46,660 nucleotides of DNA from Oscillospiraceae bacterium (GTDB lineage: Bacteria; Bacillota; Clostridia; Oscillospirales; Ruminococcaceae): positions 1-46,660 of the forward strand of contig JALEQE010000102.1 in the NCBI GenBank assembly GCA_022766825.1, written 5' to 3'. A model generated the notes under the pieces. That model saw nothing but the letters and a program-made list of their open reading frames with translations. It was not told the DNA's origin and searched no databases. This document shows positions 28,759 through 38,367 of the stretch, one piece after another. Position 1 is the stretch's first letter. Every line of letters starts with the position of its first letter. The position numbers and the translations under genes were made by a program.

Positions 28759-29078
28759 ACTTTTTCAAATCTTTCAATATTGGTGACGAATACGGTAGCA
28801 CCGCCGACCGTTACCTCAACGGGGAAACTTGTGTAAGCTCCTCCGATGTACGCCGAGGAGTTCGGTACGAACTGCTGGCGTTTATGTGAGTGTACTCTGA
28901 TGACATCGATTATTTCATCGACTTTATCATCCTCCGAGCAAATCATAAACGTGGTGTTGCCTGCCATAAGAAATCCGCCCGAAGATGCGAGCTTTGTCGC
29001 CTGAAAACCGCTTTTGGTAAGCGAGGACTGTACTGCGTGGCTATCGTCGTTATTTATTATCGCGAAAACAAGCTTCAT
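28755..29078 (-). CDS. darA: PII-like cyclic-di-AMP receptor DarA/PstA (YaaQ)
   Basis: MKLVFAII, TKLASSGGFLMAGNTT, VGGATVFV. Confidence 0.92.
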   Translation of the reverse strand: MKLVFAIINNDDSHAVQSSLTKSGFQATKLASSGGFLMAGNTTFMICSEDDKVDEIIDVIRVHSHKRQQFVPNSSAYIGGAYTSFPVEVTVGGATVFVTNIERFEKV

Positions 29079-29243
29079 ATAATTTCCTCCTTTTACTATC
29101 CTTATTATACTACAAAATGTCATAAAATGCAAGGGTTTTCGGAAAATGCGATATTTTTTTGAAAATAACAAAAATATATTGCTCTGTTCGTTACTTTATG
29201 ATATAATAGTAACTACAATATTTTTACACAAAAGCAGTTTTCT

Positions 29244-29621
29244 ATGAAAATAGAATTGGGAATTGCAAGGTGAGGACTTGCCTGCTGCCTTTGCTCGGAA
29301 AATCAGAACTGCGATGGCTGTCATTCGGACAGCTGCAAAGACAAGGATTGGTGCGAGGTCAGAAAATGCGTGATTGAAAAGGGCATTGCTCATTGTTACG
29401 AATGTGAAGACGCCGAAAACTGCACCAAAGGTATCCTGTCCAAACAAAAGCCGAAAGCGTTCACGGTTTTCGCAAAGCGTTTCGGAGAATGACATCTGCT
29501 CGATTGCCTTGAGCGCAACGAAAAGAACGGCATTGTATATCACCGCGGCGGAATTGAGGGCGATTACGACGGATTTGCCAATATTGACGAGCTATTGAAT
29601 TTCATCGAAAGGGGAAAATAA
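29244..29621 (+). pseudogene. Cys-rich DUF3795-like gene with two in-frame TGA codons (29271, 29490)
   Basis: MKIELGIAR*GLACCLCSENQNCDGC...CYECE...RFGE*HLLDCLERNEKNGIVYHRGGIEGDYD...; weak RBS; not in the ORF track. Confidence 0.75.
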
Positions 29622-29622
29622 G

Positions 29623-30195
29623 TTGCCAAGACCTGTCACAAAAGCAGAACTTATCAAAGCCGCGTCCGAAGGCTATGATAAATTAAATCGGTTTATCTCA
29701 GAAATGACCGAAGAACAGCTTCAAACGCCGTTTGATTTTTCAGACGATGAAAAAAAGAAAGAGGCGCACTGGAAACGCGACAAAAATCTGCGAGATGTTC
29801 TTGTACATCTCTATGAATGGCATATGTTGCTGATAAACTGGGTATCCGCAAATGAAAGCGGCGAAACAAAGCCTTTTTTGCCGCAACCGTACAACTGGAA
29901 AACTTACGGTGATATGAACGTTGAATTTTGGAAGAAACATCAGAATACAAGTTTGGATAAAGCGAAATTATTGCTGGAAAAATCGCACAAAGACGTAATG
30001 ACGCTTGCGGAGAAGTTCACAAACGAACAGCTCTTTACAAAAGGCGTTTTCAAATGGGTTGGCGGAAGCACGCTCGGCTCATATTTCATAAGTACCACTT
30101 CAAGCCATTATGACTGGGCTTTAAAGAAACTGAAAGCTCATGTGAAAAATTGCCTTCATAATGACAGTGTACAAATTGCACAAAAAGCAAAATAA
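29623..30195 (+). CDS. ClbS/DfsB-family (DUF1706) four-helix bundle protein
   Basis: PRPxTKxEL, RDKNLRDVLVHLYEWH, YNWKTY, SSHYDWA. Confidence 0.85.
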   Translation: MPRPVTKAELIKAASEGYDKLNRFISEMTEEQLQTPFDFSDDEKKKEAHWKRDKNLRDVLVHLYEWHMLLINWVSANESGETKPFLPQPYNWKTYGDMNVEFWKKHQNTSLDKAKLLLEKSHKDVMTLAEKFTNEQLFTKGVFKWVGGSTLGSYFISTTSSHYDWALKKLKAHVKNCLHNDSVQIAQKAK

Positions 30196-30286
30196 ATTTT
30201 GTCCTCTTTTGTACTTGATTTTTTCTGAAAATATGGTACAATAGTTATAGGACGCTTGTCTGAATTTTTCAAGGAGGTAACTTACT

Positions 30287-30457
30287 ATGGCATATCAGAT
30301 TTCCGACGATTGCATCGCTTGCGGTTCCTGCGCAGCAGGCTGCCCCGTTGGCGCTATTTCAGAAGGTGACGGCAAATACGTTATCGATGCCGATGCTTGC
30401 ATCGACTGCGGTTCTTGCCAGGGTGCTTGCCCTGTTGGCGCTCCTCAACCGCAATAA
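30287..30457 (+). CDS. fdx: Clostridial-type 2[4Fe-4S] ferredoxin (56 aa)
   Basis: MAYQISDDCIACGSCAAGCPVGAISEGDGKYVIDADACIDCGSCQGACPVGAPQPQ*; RBS AAGGAGG. Confidence 0.96.
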   Translation: MAYQISDDCIACGSCAAGCPVGAISEGDGKYVIDADACIDCGSCQGACPVGAPQPQ

Positions 30458-30477
30458 TTCGTACATACGAATAAACA

Positions 30478-30513
30478 CAAACACCCGCGATGTTAAAATT
30501 CGCGGGTGTTTTT
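30478..30513. terminator. Intrinsic terminator (bidirectional)
   Basis: aaacacccgcga...tcgcgggtgttttt. Confidence 0.8.
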
Positions 30514-31118
30514 TATGCGATAATTCTTCCCACAATAGCAAGGAAAACAATAAACGCGAAAAAAGCCGCCCAAGGAATAAGCGCCGCTAACAAATAGGCT
30601 TTTCCTGCGCGCTTTTTACCATCCGTCAAACTGACAATTCCGAGAATGATACCGACAATGTTTATAAATACGGAAAGTACAACTAGACCTACATTCGCGG
30701 GTTCGTCTTTGCCGGGACCGTTGGTTTGAACAATTTGAATGTTACTTGCCTGGCAACCGCAGAAAATACATACAACGGCATTTTCGGGAATGACTTTTCC
30801 GCAATGACTGCAATATTTGTATCCATTACCAATCGGATAAAAGTTCGGAACGTTATTGGCAGGAGGAATTTGCGTGTTGTTTTGATATTCGTTCTGTAAA
30901 TTGTTGTTCGAAATGTTATTATTCAACTGTTCCTTGTTCGGATAGCCGCAGGAGGCACAGCGCGAGTTTATTTCCCAACATTCTTTATGATGAGGCGCGC
31001 CGCATTCGGGACAATAAATAAATTGTTCGCCGCTTATCATATTTTTGTGACAAAACGAGCAATATTTGCTCTCATACGTTGGGTTGAACACTCCGTTATT
31101 TTCTGTGTTTATTTCCAT
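30513..31118 (-). CDS. Membrane protein with RING-like and zinc-ribbon domains
   Basis: CxxC...CPECGAPHHKECW...CxxC; CSHCG...CIFCG; two C-terminal TM helices. Confidence 0.75.
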   Translation of the reverse strand: MEINTENNGVFNPTYESKYCSFCHKNMISGEQFIYCPECGAPHHKECWEINSRCASCGYPNKEQLNNNISNNNLQNEYQNNTQIPPANNVPNFYPIGNGYKYCSHCGKVIPENAVVCIFCGCQASNIQIVQTNGPGKDEPANVGLVVLSVFINIVGIILGIVSLTDGKKRAGKAYLLAALIPWAAFFAFIVFLAIVGRIIA

Positions 31119-31140
31119 AAATCTGCCCCCTTTATTGTAT

Positions 31141-31170
31141 ATTATACAACATTAAAATAGATTTTGTCAA
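31141..31170 (-). promoter_or_regulatory. Promoter of the zinc-ribbon gene
   Basis: TTGACA-18-TATAAT. Confidence 0.7.
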
Positions 31171-31174
31171 TATA

Positions 31175-31192
31175 AGGGAACACCGCATAATA
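31175..31192. mobile_element. Solo terminal repeat of the MITE-like family
   Basis: agggaacaccgcataata. Confidence 0.55.
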
Positions 31193-31226
31193 AAACGCTC
31201 GGAAAATCAATAGATTAACCGAGCGT
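31191..31226 (-). terminator. Putative terminator downstream of the ncRNA
   Basis: ACGCUCGG...CCGAGCGU followed by UUU on the minus strand. Confidence 0.5.
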
Positions 31227-31296
31227 CTGAATATCCAAAATTATCGATAATTTCGCATAAGCGAATAAAAACACAATTTACATAAAGCAACGCTTT

Positions 31297-31673
31297 TATC
31301 GGCAGTTTTACCCGATCGGCACGGTGAACCTGAACGTGTTCCCGCTCGGCTTACCATTTCGTATCACGCTGGATACCGATTCCCGCGTTATTTTCCGCAC
31401 GCAGAACAGCGCAAACCCGCTTATTCGCATTTCCCGTCTGTGCGGTGACGGGGCTTGTCGTTAAAACATCACGTTGATACGTTCTCGGTCTGCCCAACGC
31501 CTGACCTTGTCCGCGGGACTTCGCGGCAAGGGTGTGACAGCTGAAAATCGTCGGGATCGGCGATCCCTGATTTTCGGCGTTTATAGGGCAACCGCCGAAA
31601 GCGGCGTACCCCGACTCTGAATTTTTCTTCGATCCGTTTTACTGACTCGCGTTCAGGGATGATTTCCCTTGCC
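31297..31673 (-). ncRNA. Unassigned large structured non-coding RNA (~370 nt)
   Basis: GC-rich island with no ORF >=60 aa; own TTGACA-17-TAAAAT promoter; 5'/3' end pairing; several hairpins and tandem pseudoknot candidates. Confidence 0.7.
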
Positions 31674-31676
31674 TAT

Positions 31677-31705
31677 ATTTTAACTCTTTTCCCAGGGTTT
31701 GTCAA
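31677..31705 (-). promoter_or_regulatory. Promoter of the ncRNA
   Basis: TTGACA (31705..31700)-17-TAAAAT (31682..31677). Confidence 0.8.
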
Positions 31706-31784
31706 GTGAATTTTGAATAAAAGTTACACCTTTTTTGTCTTGCGTTTGTTGTACATAACAAGAGAATTTTCGAGGTAAAATATG

Positions 31785-31813
31785 TTGACAAACACGGATA
31801 ATTGATGTATAAT
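31785..31813 (+). promoter_or_regulatory. secA promoter
   Basis: TTGACA-17-TATAAT. Confidence 0.8.
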
Positions 31814-31854
31814 AAATATGTATATTTGTAATTTGCGACAGAAAGGTTTAAATT

Positions 31855-34542
31855 ATGGGAATTATCAAATCGATTTTCGGAACATATTCATCAAGAGAAT
31901 TGAAACGCATTGAGCCTATAAAGCAAAAAGTTCTTGATCTTGAGACGAAATATCACGCAATGAGCGATAAGGAGCTTAAAGGTCAGACTCCTATACTTAA
32001 AGAAAGACTTGCCAACGGTGAAACGCTTGACGATATTCTGCCCGACGCTTTTGCCGTATGCCGTGAGGCGTCAAGCCGTGTTATCGGTATCAAGCACTAT
32101 CCTGTACAGATAATCGGCGGTATCGTTTTACATCAGGGACGTATCGCCGAAATGAAAACAGGTGAAGGTAAAACATTTGTTGCAACGCTTCCCGCGTATC
32201 TGAACGCGCTGACCGGCAAGGGTGTTCATATAGTAACCTGCAACGACTACCTCGCGAAGCGCGACAGCGAGTGGATGAGCAAGGTTCACCGCTTTTTGGG
32301 GCTTACCGTCGGACTTATCACGCACGATTTGGATAACGACCAGCGCCGCGCAGCGTATAACTGCGATATTACTTATGCGACAAACAACGAACTCGGTTTC
32401 GACTATTTGCGCGATAATATGTGCATTTATAAGAGCGACCTTGTTCAGCGCGAGCCGAATTTTGCTATTGTCGATGAGGTTGACTCCATTTTGATTGACG
32501 AGGCAAGAACACCGCTCATCATTTCTGGCCCCGGAGATAAATCCACCGATTTGTACGAGAGAGCGGACAGATTTGCGAAATCGCTGAAAATGGACAAGGT
32601 TGTTGAGATAGATACAAAAGAAGAGTACGACAAGAACTTTACCGGCGATTATCTGGTTGACGAAAAGGAAAAGACCTGCAACCTGCTTCCTGCCGGCGTT
32701 GAGAAGGCGGAGAAATATTTCCATGTTGAAAACCTTATGGATCCCGAAAATATGACACTGCTTCACCATATCAATCAGGCAATACGCGCGAACGGCGTTA
32801 TGAAACGCGATGTGGATTATGTTATCAAGGACGGCGAAATCGTTATTGTTGACGAGTTCACGGGACGACTGATGTTCGGACGCCGCTATAATCAGGGTCT
32901 GCACCAGGCTATTGAGGCGAAAGAGGGCGTAAAGGTAAACCGCGAAAGCAAAACTCTCGCCACAATAACGTTCCAGAATTTCTTCAGACTGTATAAAAAG
33001 CTCTCCGGTATGACGGGTACGGCAATGACCGAAGAGGATGAGTTCAGGCAGATTTATTCGCTTGATGTTATCGAAATTCCCACAAATAAACCGGTTATCA
33101 GAACGGATTATCACGATAAAATCTATAAAAACGTCAAGGGCAAGCTGAACGCGGTTTGCGATCAGGTTGAGGAATGTCATAAAAAGGGACAGCCGGTGCT
33201 TGTCGGCACGGTTACTATCGAAAAGTCCGAGCAGCTTTCAAAGCTGCTGAAAGCGCGCGGAATCAAGCACGAGGTTCTTAATGCAAAGAATCACGAGCGC
33301 GAGGCGGAAATTGTTGCCCAGGCAGGTAAGAAAGGCGCGGTTACGATCGCCACGAATATGGCGGGACGCGGTACCGATATTAAACTCGGCGGTAACTCCG
33401 AGTATCTCGCGATTGCCGAGATGAAAAAGCTGGAATATTCCGAAGAGCTTATCCAGGAGGCAACGGGCTTTGCGGAAACAGATAACGAGGAAATAATCGC
33501 GGCTCGTGAGAAATATCAGGAGCTTATGAAGAAATATGACGAGCAGATCGCTCCCGAGGCGGACGAAGTCAGAGCGGCGGGCGGCTTGTTCATAATCGGC
33601 ACGGAACGTCACGAATCCCGCCGTATCGATAATCAGCTCCGCGGACGTTCGGGACGTCAGGGCGACCCCGGTGAAAGCTGCTTCTACATTTCGCTTGAAG
33701 ATGACCTTATGAGATTGTTCGGCGGCGACAGAGTGCGTTTGATAATGGAGAAAATGAACTTTGAGGAGGATATTCCGCTTGAAGTCGGTTTCCTCTCGAA
33801 GGCTATTGAAAGCGCTCAGAGAAAGATTGAGGGTAACAACTTCGCAATAAGAAAGCACGTCCTCGATTTCGACGATGTTATGTCGCAGATGCGTGAAACG
33901 ATTTATACGCAGAGAAGAAAGGTTCTTGACGGCGAGGATATTCACGACAACATTGTCGCTATGATGAAAGAGGATATCGAGGAGACCGTTAAAACGTACT
34001 GCTCCGATCCGATTGCCGAAAACTGGAACCTCGACGGTTTGCGTTCACAGTATATGAACGTTTACCTTATGGATACCGATTTGCGTTATTCCACTGAGGA
34101 TCTGAACGAAATAACTCAAAAGGACGTTATCGACTTTATTCAGAAGCGTGGTGATCTGATTTACGGTTTGCGCGAGAAAGAGTTCGGTCCGGAGTCGATG
34201 CGCGAGCTTGAACGCGTCTGCCTGCTGAAGACGGTTGACCGTTACTGGATGGATCACATTGACGCAATGGACGAACTGAAAAACGGTATCGGACTTCGCG
34301 GATATGCCCAAAGAAACCCTGTCGAGGAATATCGTTTTGAGGGCTTTAAAATGTTTGACGAGATGATTGCGGCTATTCGTTCGGATACGGTTAAGCTGGT
34401 TCTTACAATGCCGGTACGGGTTTCTGCACCCATTCAGCGCGAACAGGTAATGCACCCCGACGCTCCGAACGCGGGCGGAAAGCAAACTCCTTACAAGAGC
34501 GCAAAACGCGCCGAAAAGAAGGCTAAAAAAGCGAAGAAATAA
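31855..34542 (+). CDS. secA: Preprotein translocase ATPase SecA (canonical)
   Basis: [68 protein letters not shown]. Confidence 0.98.
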   Translation: MGIIKSIFGTYSSRELKRIEPIKQKVLDLETKYHAMSDKELKGQTPILKERLANGETLDDILPDAFAVCREASSRVIGIKHYPVQIIGGIVLHQGRIAEMKTGEGKTFVATLPAYLNALTGKGVHIVTCNDYLAKRDSEWMSKVHRFLGLTVGLITHDLDNDQRRAAYNCDITYATNNELGFDYLRDNMCIYKSDLVQREPNFAIVDEVDSILIDEARTPLIISGPGDKSTDLYERADRFAKSLKMDKVVEIDTKEEYDKNFTGDYLVDEKEKTCNLLPAGVEKAEKYFHVENLMDPENMTLLHHINQAIRANGVMKRDVDYVIKDGEIVIVDEFTGRLMFGRRYNQGLHQAIEAKEGVKVNRESKTLATITFQNFFRLYKKLSGMTGTAMTEEDEFRQIYSLDVIEIPTNKPVIRTDYHDKIYKNVKGKLNAVCDQVEECHKKGQPVLVGTVTIEKSEQLSKLLKARGIKHEVLNAKNHEREAEIVAQAGKKGAVTIATNMAGRGTDIKLGGNSEYLAIAEMKKLEYSEELIQEATGFAETDNEEIIAAREKYQELMKKYDEQIAPEADEVRAAGGLFIIGTERHESRRIDNQLRGRSGRQGDPGESCFYISLEDDLMRLFGGDRVRLIMEKMNFEEDIPLEVGFLSKAIESAQRKIEGNNFAIRKHVLDFDDVMSQMRETIYTQRRKVLDGEDIHDNIVAMMKEDIEETVKTYCSDPIAENWNLDGLRSQYMNVYLMDTDLRYSTEDLNEITQKDVIDFIQKRGDLIYGLREKEFGPESMRELERVCLLKTVDRYWMDHIDAMDELKNGIGLRGYAQRNPVEEYRFEGFKMFDEMIAAIRSDTVKLVLTMPVRVSAPIQREQVMHPDAPNAGGKQTPYKSAKRAEKKAKKAKK

Positions 34543-34608
34543 TCGGCATCACATTCCGACCCGACAACGGGCAGAGTGAATATAATATTGAAAGGATCTT
34601 TATCTGTT

Positions 34609-35793
34609 ATGATGAAAGATGAAATCAAAAACGAGCTTTTAAATGACATAATTCCGTTCTGGAACAATTTGCGTGATGATGAGTTCGGCGGTTGGTACGG
34701 TCTGGTTGACAGCAACCTGAAACTCGACAAAAAAGGCGAAAAGGGCGTTATTCTCCATTCGAGAATATTGTGGTTCTATTCCAACGCTTATATGGCGTTG
34801 AAAGACCCCAAGCTCCTTGATAACGCAAAGCACGCTTATGAGTTCCTCACCGAAAAGTGCTATGACAAGGAATACGGCGGCGTTTATTGGTCAATGAACT
34901 ATGACGGCACGGTACTTGACGATATGAAACACAGCTACTGTCAGGCGTTCTTTATTTACGCGCTGTCAAGCTACTATCGCGCAAGCGGCGACAAGAATGC
35001 GCTGAAAATTGCATACGAGGTTATGGACCTTGTTGAAAAGCATCACGCGGATAATGTCGCTTACAAGGAAAAGCTGTCGCGCGACTGGACAAAGGAACTT
35101 GCCAACGATGAACTTTCCGAAAACGGTCTTATGGCAGACAAGACAATGAACACCACGCTTCACCTTATGGAAGCGTACACCGAGCTTTACCTCGCGGACC
35201 ACAACCCCAAAGTGCTTGAACGCTTGAAATTCCAGCTTGATGTTTCTTACGACAAGATTTACGATAAGAAAAATCACAAGCTGTTTGTATTCTTTGACAA
35301 GGACTTGAACGAAATCGGAAATGTTCACAGCTATGGTCACGATATCGAGGCAACGTGGCTTACAGACCGCGCTCTTGACGTTATCGGTGACGAGGAATAC
35401 GCGAAAAAGTTCCGTGAAATGGACAAGGACATCGTTGCGAATATCGCAAAGGTTGCTTACGACAAGGAAAGCGGTTCGCTTCTCAACGAAGTTGACAAGG
35501 GTATCGTGAACCGTCAGCGTGTATGGTGGGTTCAGGCGGAAAGCGTTGTCGGTTTCCTGAACGCTTATCAGCGCAAGTACGGCGGAAAAGAATATCTCGA
35601 AATCGCCGAAAACATCTGGAACTACATCAAGAACAACATTGTCGATAAACGCGAGGGCGGCGAGTGGATCTGGGATCTGAACGACAAGGGCGAACTTGAT
35701 CCCGCACGCAATGTTGTCGATCCGTGGAAATGTCCGTATCACAACGGCAGAATGTGTTTGGAAGCAATCAGACGTCTTGAAGAAATAGGTTAA
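34609..35793 (+). CDS. Cellobiose 2-epimerase (AGE family)
   Basis: ILHSRILWFYS, KTMNTTLHLMEAYT, SYGHDIEATWL, WWVQAE, WKCPYHNGR. Confidence 0.92.
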   Translation: MMKDEIKNELLNDIIPFWNNLRDDEFGGWYGLVDSNLKLDKKGEKGVILHSRILWFYSNAYMALKDPKLLDNAKHAYEFLTEKCYDKEYGGVYWSMNYDGTVLDDMKHSYCQAFFIYALSSYYRASGDKNALKIAYEVMDLVEKHHADNVAYKEKLSRDWTKELANDELSENGLMADKTMNTTLHLMEAYTELYLADHNPKVLERLKFQLDVSYDKIYDKKNHKLFVFFDKDLNEIGNVHSYGHDIEATWLTDRALDVIGDEEYAKKFREMDKDIVANIAKVAYDKESGSLLNEVDKGIVNRQRVWWVQAESVVGFLNAYQRKYGGKEYLEIAENIWNYIKNNIVDKREGGEWIWDLNDKGELDPARNVVDPWKCPYHNGRMCLEAIRRLEEIG

Positions 35794-35798
35794 GGTTA

Positions 35799-35833
35799 TC
35801 CGGGAAGAACTTAAAAATCTTCCCGGATTTTTT
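35799..35833 (+). terminator. Intrinsic terminator
   Basis: tccgggaaga...tcttcccgga followed by a T-run. Confidence 0.85.
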
Positions 35834-35901
35834 GTCAATTTTTTCCCAATACAAATCTAACAGGATATAAAGCAAAATTCAGGAGAAACTATTTTTGTTA
35901 C

Positions 35902-36166
35902 GGCAGCACCGCACGATTATTGTCGTTCGATTGCGCAGACAGATTTATAGTGCGTTCGCCTTTTTTGCGGCACGTCCTGTGCCGCTTGGGCGAACGCCTT
36001 CCGACTTCGTGTCGGCGTCAGATTGTACAATGAGGACGACGCAAGGCTGTATGCAGCGTTTTGCGCGAAGCGCATAATGCGTGCTAGGACGAATTGGGCA
36101 ATATGACGGAAAATATGAAAGCAAGCGAATGACAAAGGCGTTAGCCGTTAATTGTGCGGTGTTGCC
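35902..36166. mobile_element. MITE-like element, full-length copy B (~265 bp)
   Basis: Same TIRs and shared blocks as 15567..15859. Confidence 0.8.
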
Positions 36167-36192
36167 ATAATTTATTTGTCAGAGGTGACTTT

Positions 36193-37338
36193 ATGAAAAA
36201 GCCGTTTTATCTGTTGTGTTGCGTGGCATTTATAATATCCGTAACGATGTTTCCGATACGGACGGCAAACGCCGTAAATGCGGTTACTCCGAAAGCGAAA
36301 ATTCTTATGGAGGCGACAACGGGACAAGTGATTTATTCGCAGAACTCCGACCAGAAACTTCCAATGGCGTCCGTGACAAAAGAGATGTGCCTGCTGTTGT
36401 GGGCGGAGGACATAGACAGCGGAAAACTCAGCCTTGAAGAAAAGGTTAAGGCGAGCGCGTATGCGTCAAGCGCGGAGGGTTCGGTTATATGGCTTAACGC
36501 GGGCGAGGAAATGACTGCCGCAGAACTGTTGGAGGCGGTTATCGTATCGTCGGCGAACGACGCTTGCATTGCGCTTGCGGAACATTCGGCGGGGAGCGAG
36601 GCGCAGTTTGTCAAGCGTATGAATGAACGAGCGCGCGAGCTTGAAATGAACGATACACGCTATACCAACTGCGTGGGATTTGACGACAGCGGACATTATT
36701 CAACGGCGCACGATATTGCGATTGTGACAGCGGAGCTGATGAAACACGATGTATACCGCGGTTGGATGCTCACTTGGCTTGACTATTTGCGCGACGGGGA
36801 AACTCAGCTTGTAAATACCAATAAGTTGGTACGAACTTACAACGGCATTCTCGGCGGGAAAACAGGTACTACCGACAACGCGGGGTGTTGCCTTTCGGTT
36901 TGCGCAGAACGCGGCGATATGCGGCTTGTGGCGGTAACTCTCGGCTGCAAAGACGATGACGAACGTTTTTCCACGGCAAAAGAGCTTTTGGATTACGGGT
37001 TCAATTCGTTTGAGAAATTCACGCCCGAAACAGATTTGACTAAGCTGAAAGAAATACCGATAACACACGGAGTTGTTGAAACAACAAAGCCGATAATCAA
37101 GAACCAAGGAATAGAATGTGTTATAAAAAAAGGAAGAGCGGCAGATGTCAAGTATGAGTACACTTTTGTTGAGGAATGTGAGGCACCTGTGGAAAAAGGT
37201 CAGTTTATGGGTGAATATCTGGTTACACTGGACGGCGCGGAGGTTTTTCGTTCTGAAATAGTGTCGAAGGAAGAAATACCGCGGCTGAACTTCTGGCGGT
37301 GTATGCAGATGATATTCAAAGAGATTTTTTCGTTTTAG
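36193..37338 (+). CDS. dacF: D-alanyl-D-alanine carboxypeptidase (S11, DacF-like)
   Basis: SVTK, SAN and KTG motifs; LVNTNKLVR; PBP5_C domain. Confidence 0.85.
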   Translation: MKKPFYLLCCVAFIISVTMFPIRTANAVNAVTPKAKILMEATTGQVIYSQNSDQKLPMASVTKEMCLLLWAEDIDSGKLSLEEKVKASAYASSAEGSVIWLNAGEEMTAAELLEAVIVSSANDACIALAEHSAGSEAQFVKRMNERARELEMNDTRYTNCVGFDDSGHYSTAHDIAIVTAELMKHDVYRGWMLTWLDYLRDGETQLVNTNKLVRTYNGILGGKTGTTDNAGCCLSVCAERGDMRLVAVTLGCKDDDERFSTAKELLDYGFNSFEKFTPETDLTKLKEIPITHGVVETTKPIIKNQGIECVIKKGRAADVKYEYTFVEECEAPVEKGQFMGEYLVTLDGAEVFRSEIVSKEEIPRLNFWRCMQMIFKEIFSF

Positions 37339-37412
37339 TTTTCAAAATATGGAATAATCCCCGCCGATACAGCAAAAATAGAAATGGATTTTAACTGAAA
37401 GGATTTGATAAT

Positions 37413-38360
37413 TTGAGAAAAAGAGCGGTGATTATTTCGGCGGCAGCGGTAGTCGTTGCGTTGAGCGCTGTGGCGGTTGTTCCGAAAGCGGTGGAAAACT
37501 CCGTGCCCGTTACCGAAACTTTGCGCGCCTCGGTTCGGGAATACAGCGAAACTGTGTGCGGGAGCGGCTCGGTGTCGTTTGTGGGACAGAACGAAATAAC
37601 ATCTTCTTTGCCGCTTGTTTTGGATAAATTCCTCGTGAATATCGGTGATGAAATAAATGTCGGGGAAGAAATCGCCGTTGTTGACAAAAAATCTTCCGAG
37701 GCGCTTATAAAAAGCTTGGGACAGGTAAAAGCCCTTGCAATCCCTGCCGCAAGTCTGGAAACGGCAGTTGCTATGATACCCGAAAGTATATCCTCGGACT
37801 GTAACGGAAAAGTCGTGGCGACAGTTCCGTGCGGTACGGCGATACAAAGCGGGAGCAGTATCGCGAGTGTTTCTCAAAGCGAACAGTTAAGCGTGTCGGC
37901 GGCGATAAGCGAGCTTGAAATCGCGAAAATCTCACTCGGTCAGAAAGCGCGTATAACGCTGTCGGCATATCCCGAAAGCGTATTCACGGGTACTGTGTCG
38001 GAAATCGCACAAACGGCGAGAAAACGGTACAGCGGCTCAGTTTTGGAAACCGTAGTCGATGTTTCGATAATATTTGACAGAGCGGACGAGCGGCTGAAAT
38101 CGGGGCTTTCCGCCGATGTCGAGATAGAACTCGGAGAACCGCGCAAAATATGCGTTGTTCCATATGCGGCGGTAGGTCAGGACGATAACGGCGAGTATGT
38201 ATGCGTTTATGAGGACGGGAAAGCTGTTCGGCGAGATATAAAAACGGGAGCGGAATTTTCCGATGGTACTGAGGTAGTGTCTGGTATTGACGGAAACGAA
38301 ATTCTGCTGAAAGAACCCGACAAAATAACCAATAAAAGCAATATACGCATTGACGAATGA
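37413..38360 (+). CDS. Efflux/ABC membrane-fusion (HlyD/RND MFP) adaptor protein
   Basis: N-terminal anchor, ISELEIAKISLGQKA, LKSGLSADV, VPYAAV. Confidence 0.8.
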   Translation: MRKRAVIISAAAVVVALSAVAVVPKAVENSVPVTETLRASVREYSETVCGSGSVSFVGQNEITSSLPLVLDKFLVNIGDEINVGEEIAVVDKKSSEALIKSLGQVKALAIPAASLETAVAMIPESISSDCNGKVVATVPCGTAIQSGSSIASVSQSEQLSVSAAISELEIAKISLGQKARITLSAYPESVFTGTVSEIAQTARKRYSGSVLETVVDVSIIFDRADERLKSGLSADVEIELGEPRKICVVPYAAVGQDDNGEYVCVYEDGKAVRRDIKTGAEFSDGTEVVSGIDGNEILLKEPDKITNKSNIRIDE

Positions 38361-38367
38361 GGTAAAT

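Noticed and set aside
17197-29492. Genome-wide UGA reassignment suggested by three internal TGA codons
   Set aside because: Conserved genes here (rpmH, rnpA, yidC, trkA, glmM) end at TGA at their expected C-termini, and Trp is encoded by TGG
29623-30195. Colibactin resistance or biosynthesis locus
   Set aside because: DUF1706/ClbS-like proteins are widespread and no pks/NRPS genes are present
31297-31673. Identification of the ncRNA as tmRNA, RNase P RNA, SRP RNA, T-box or group II intron
   Set aside because: Signature sequences (tRNA-like ends/CCA, GAGGAAAGUCC, SRP domain IV, T-box bulge, domain V) were not found on either strand by eye
32128-35838. Long antisense ORFs (for example 32128..33180, 34966..35838)
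   Set aside because: Expected reverse-frame shadows of codon-biased genes (secA, epimerase)
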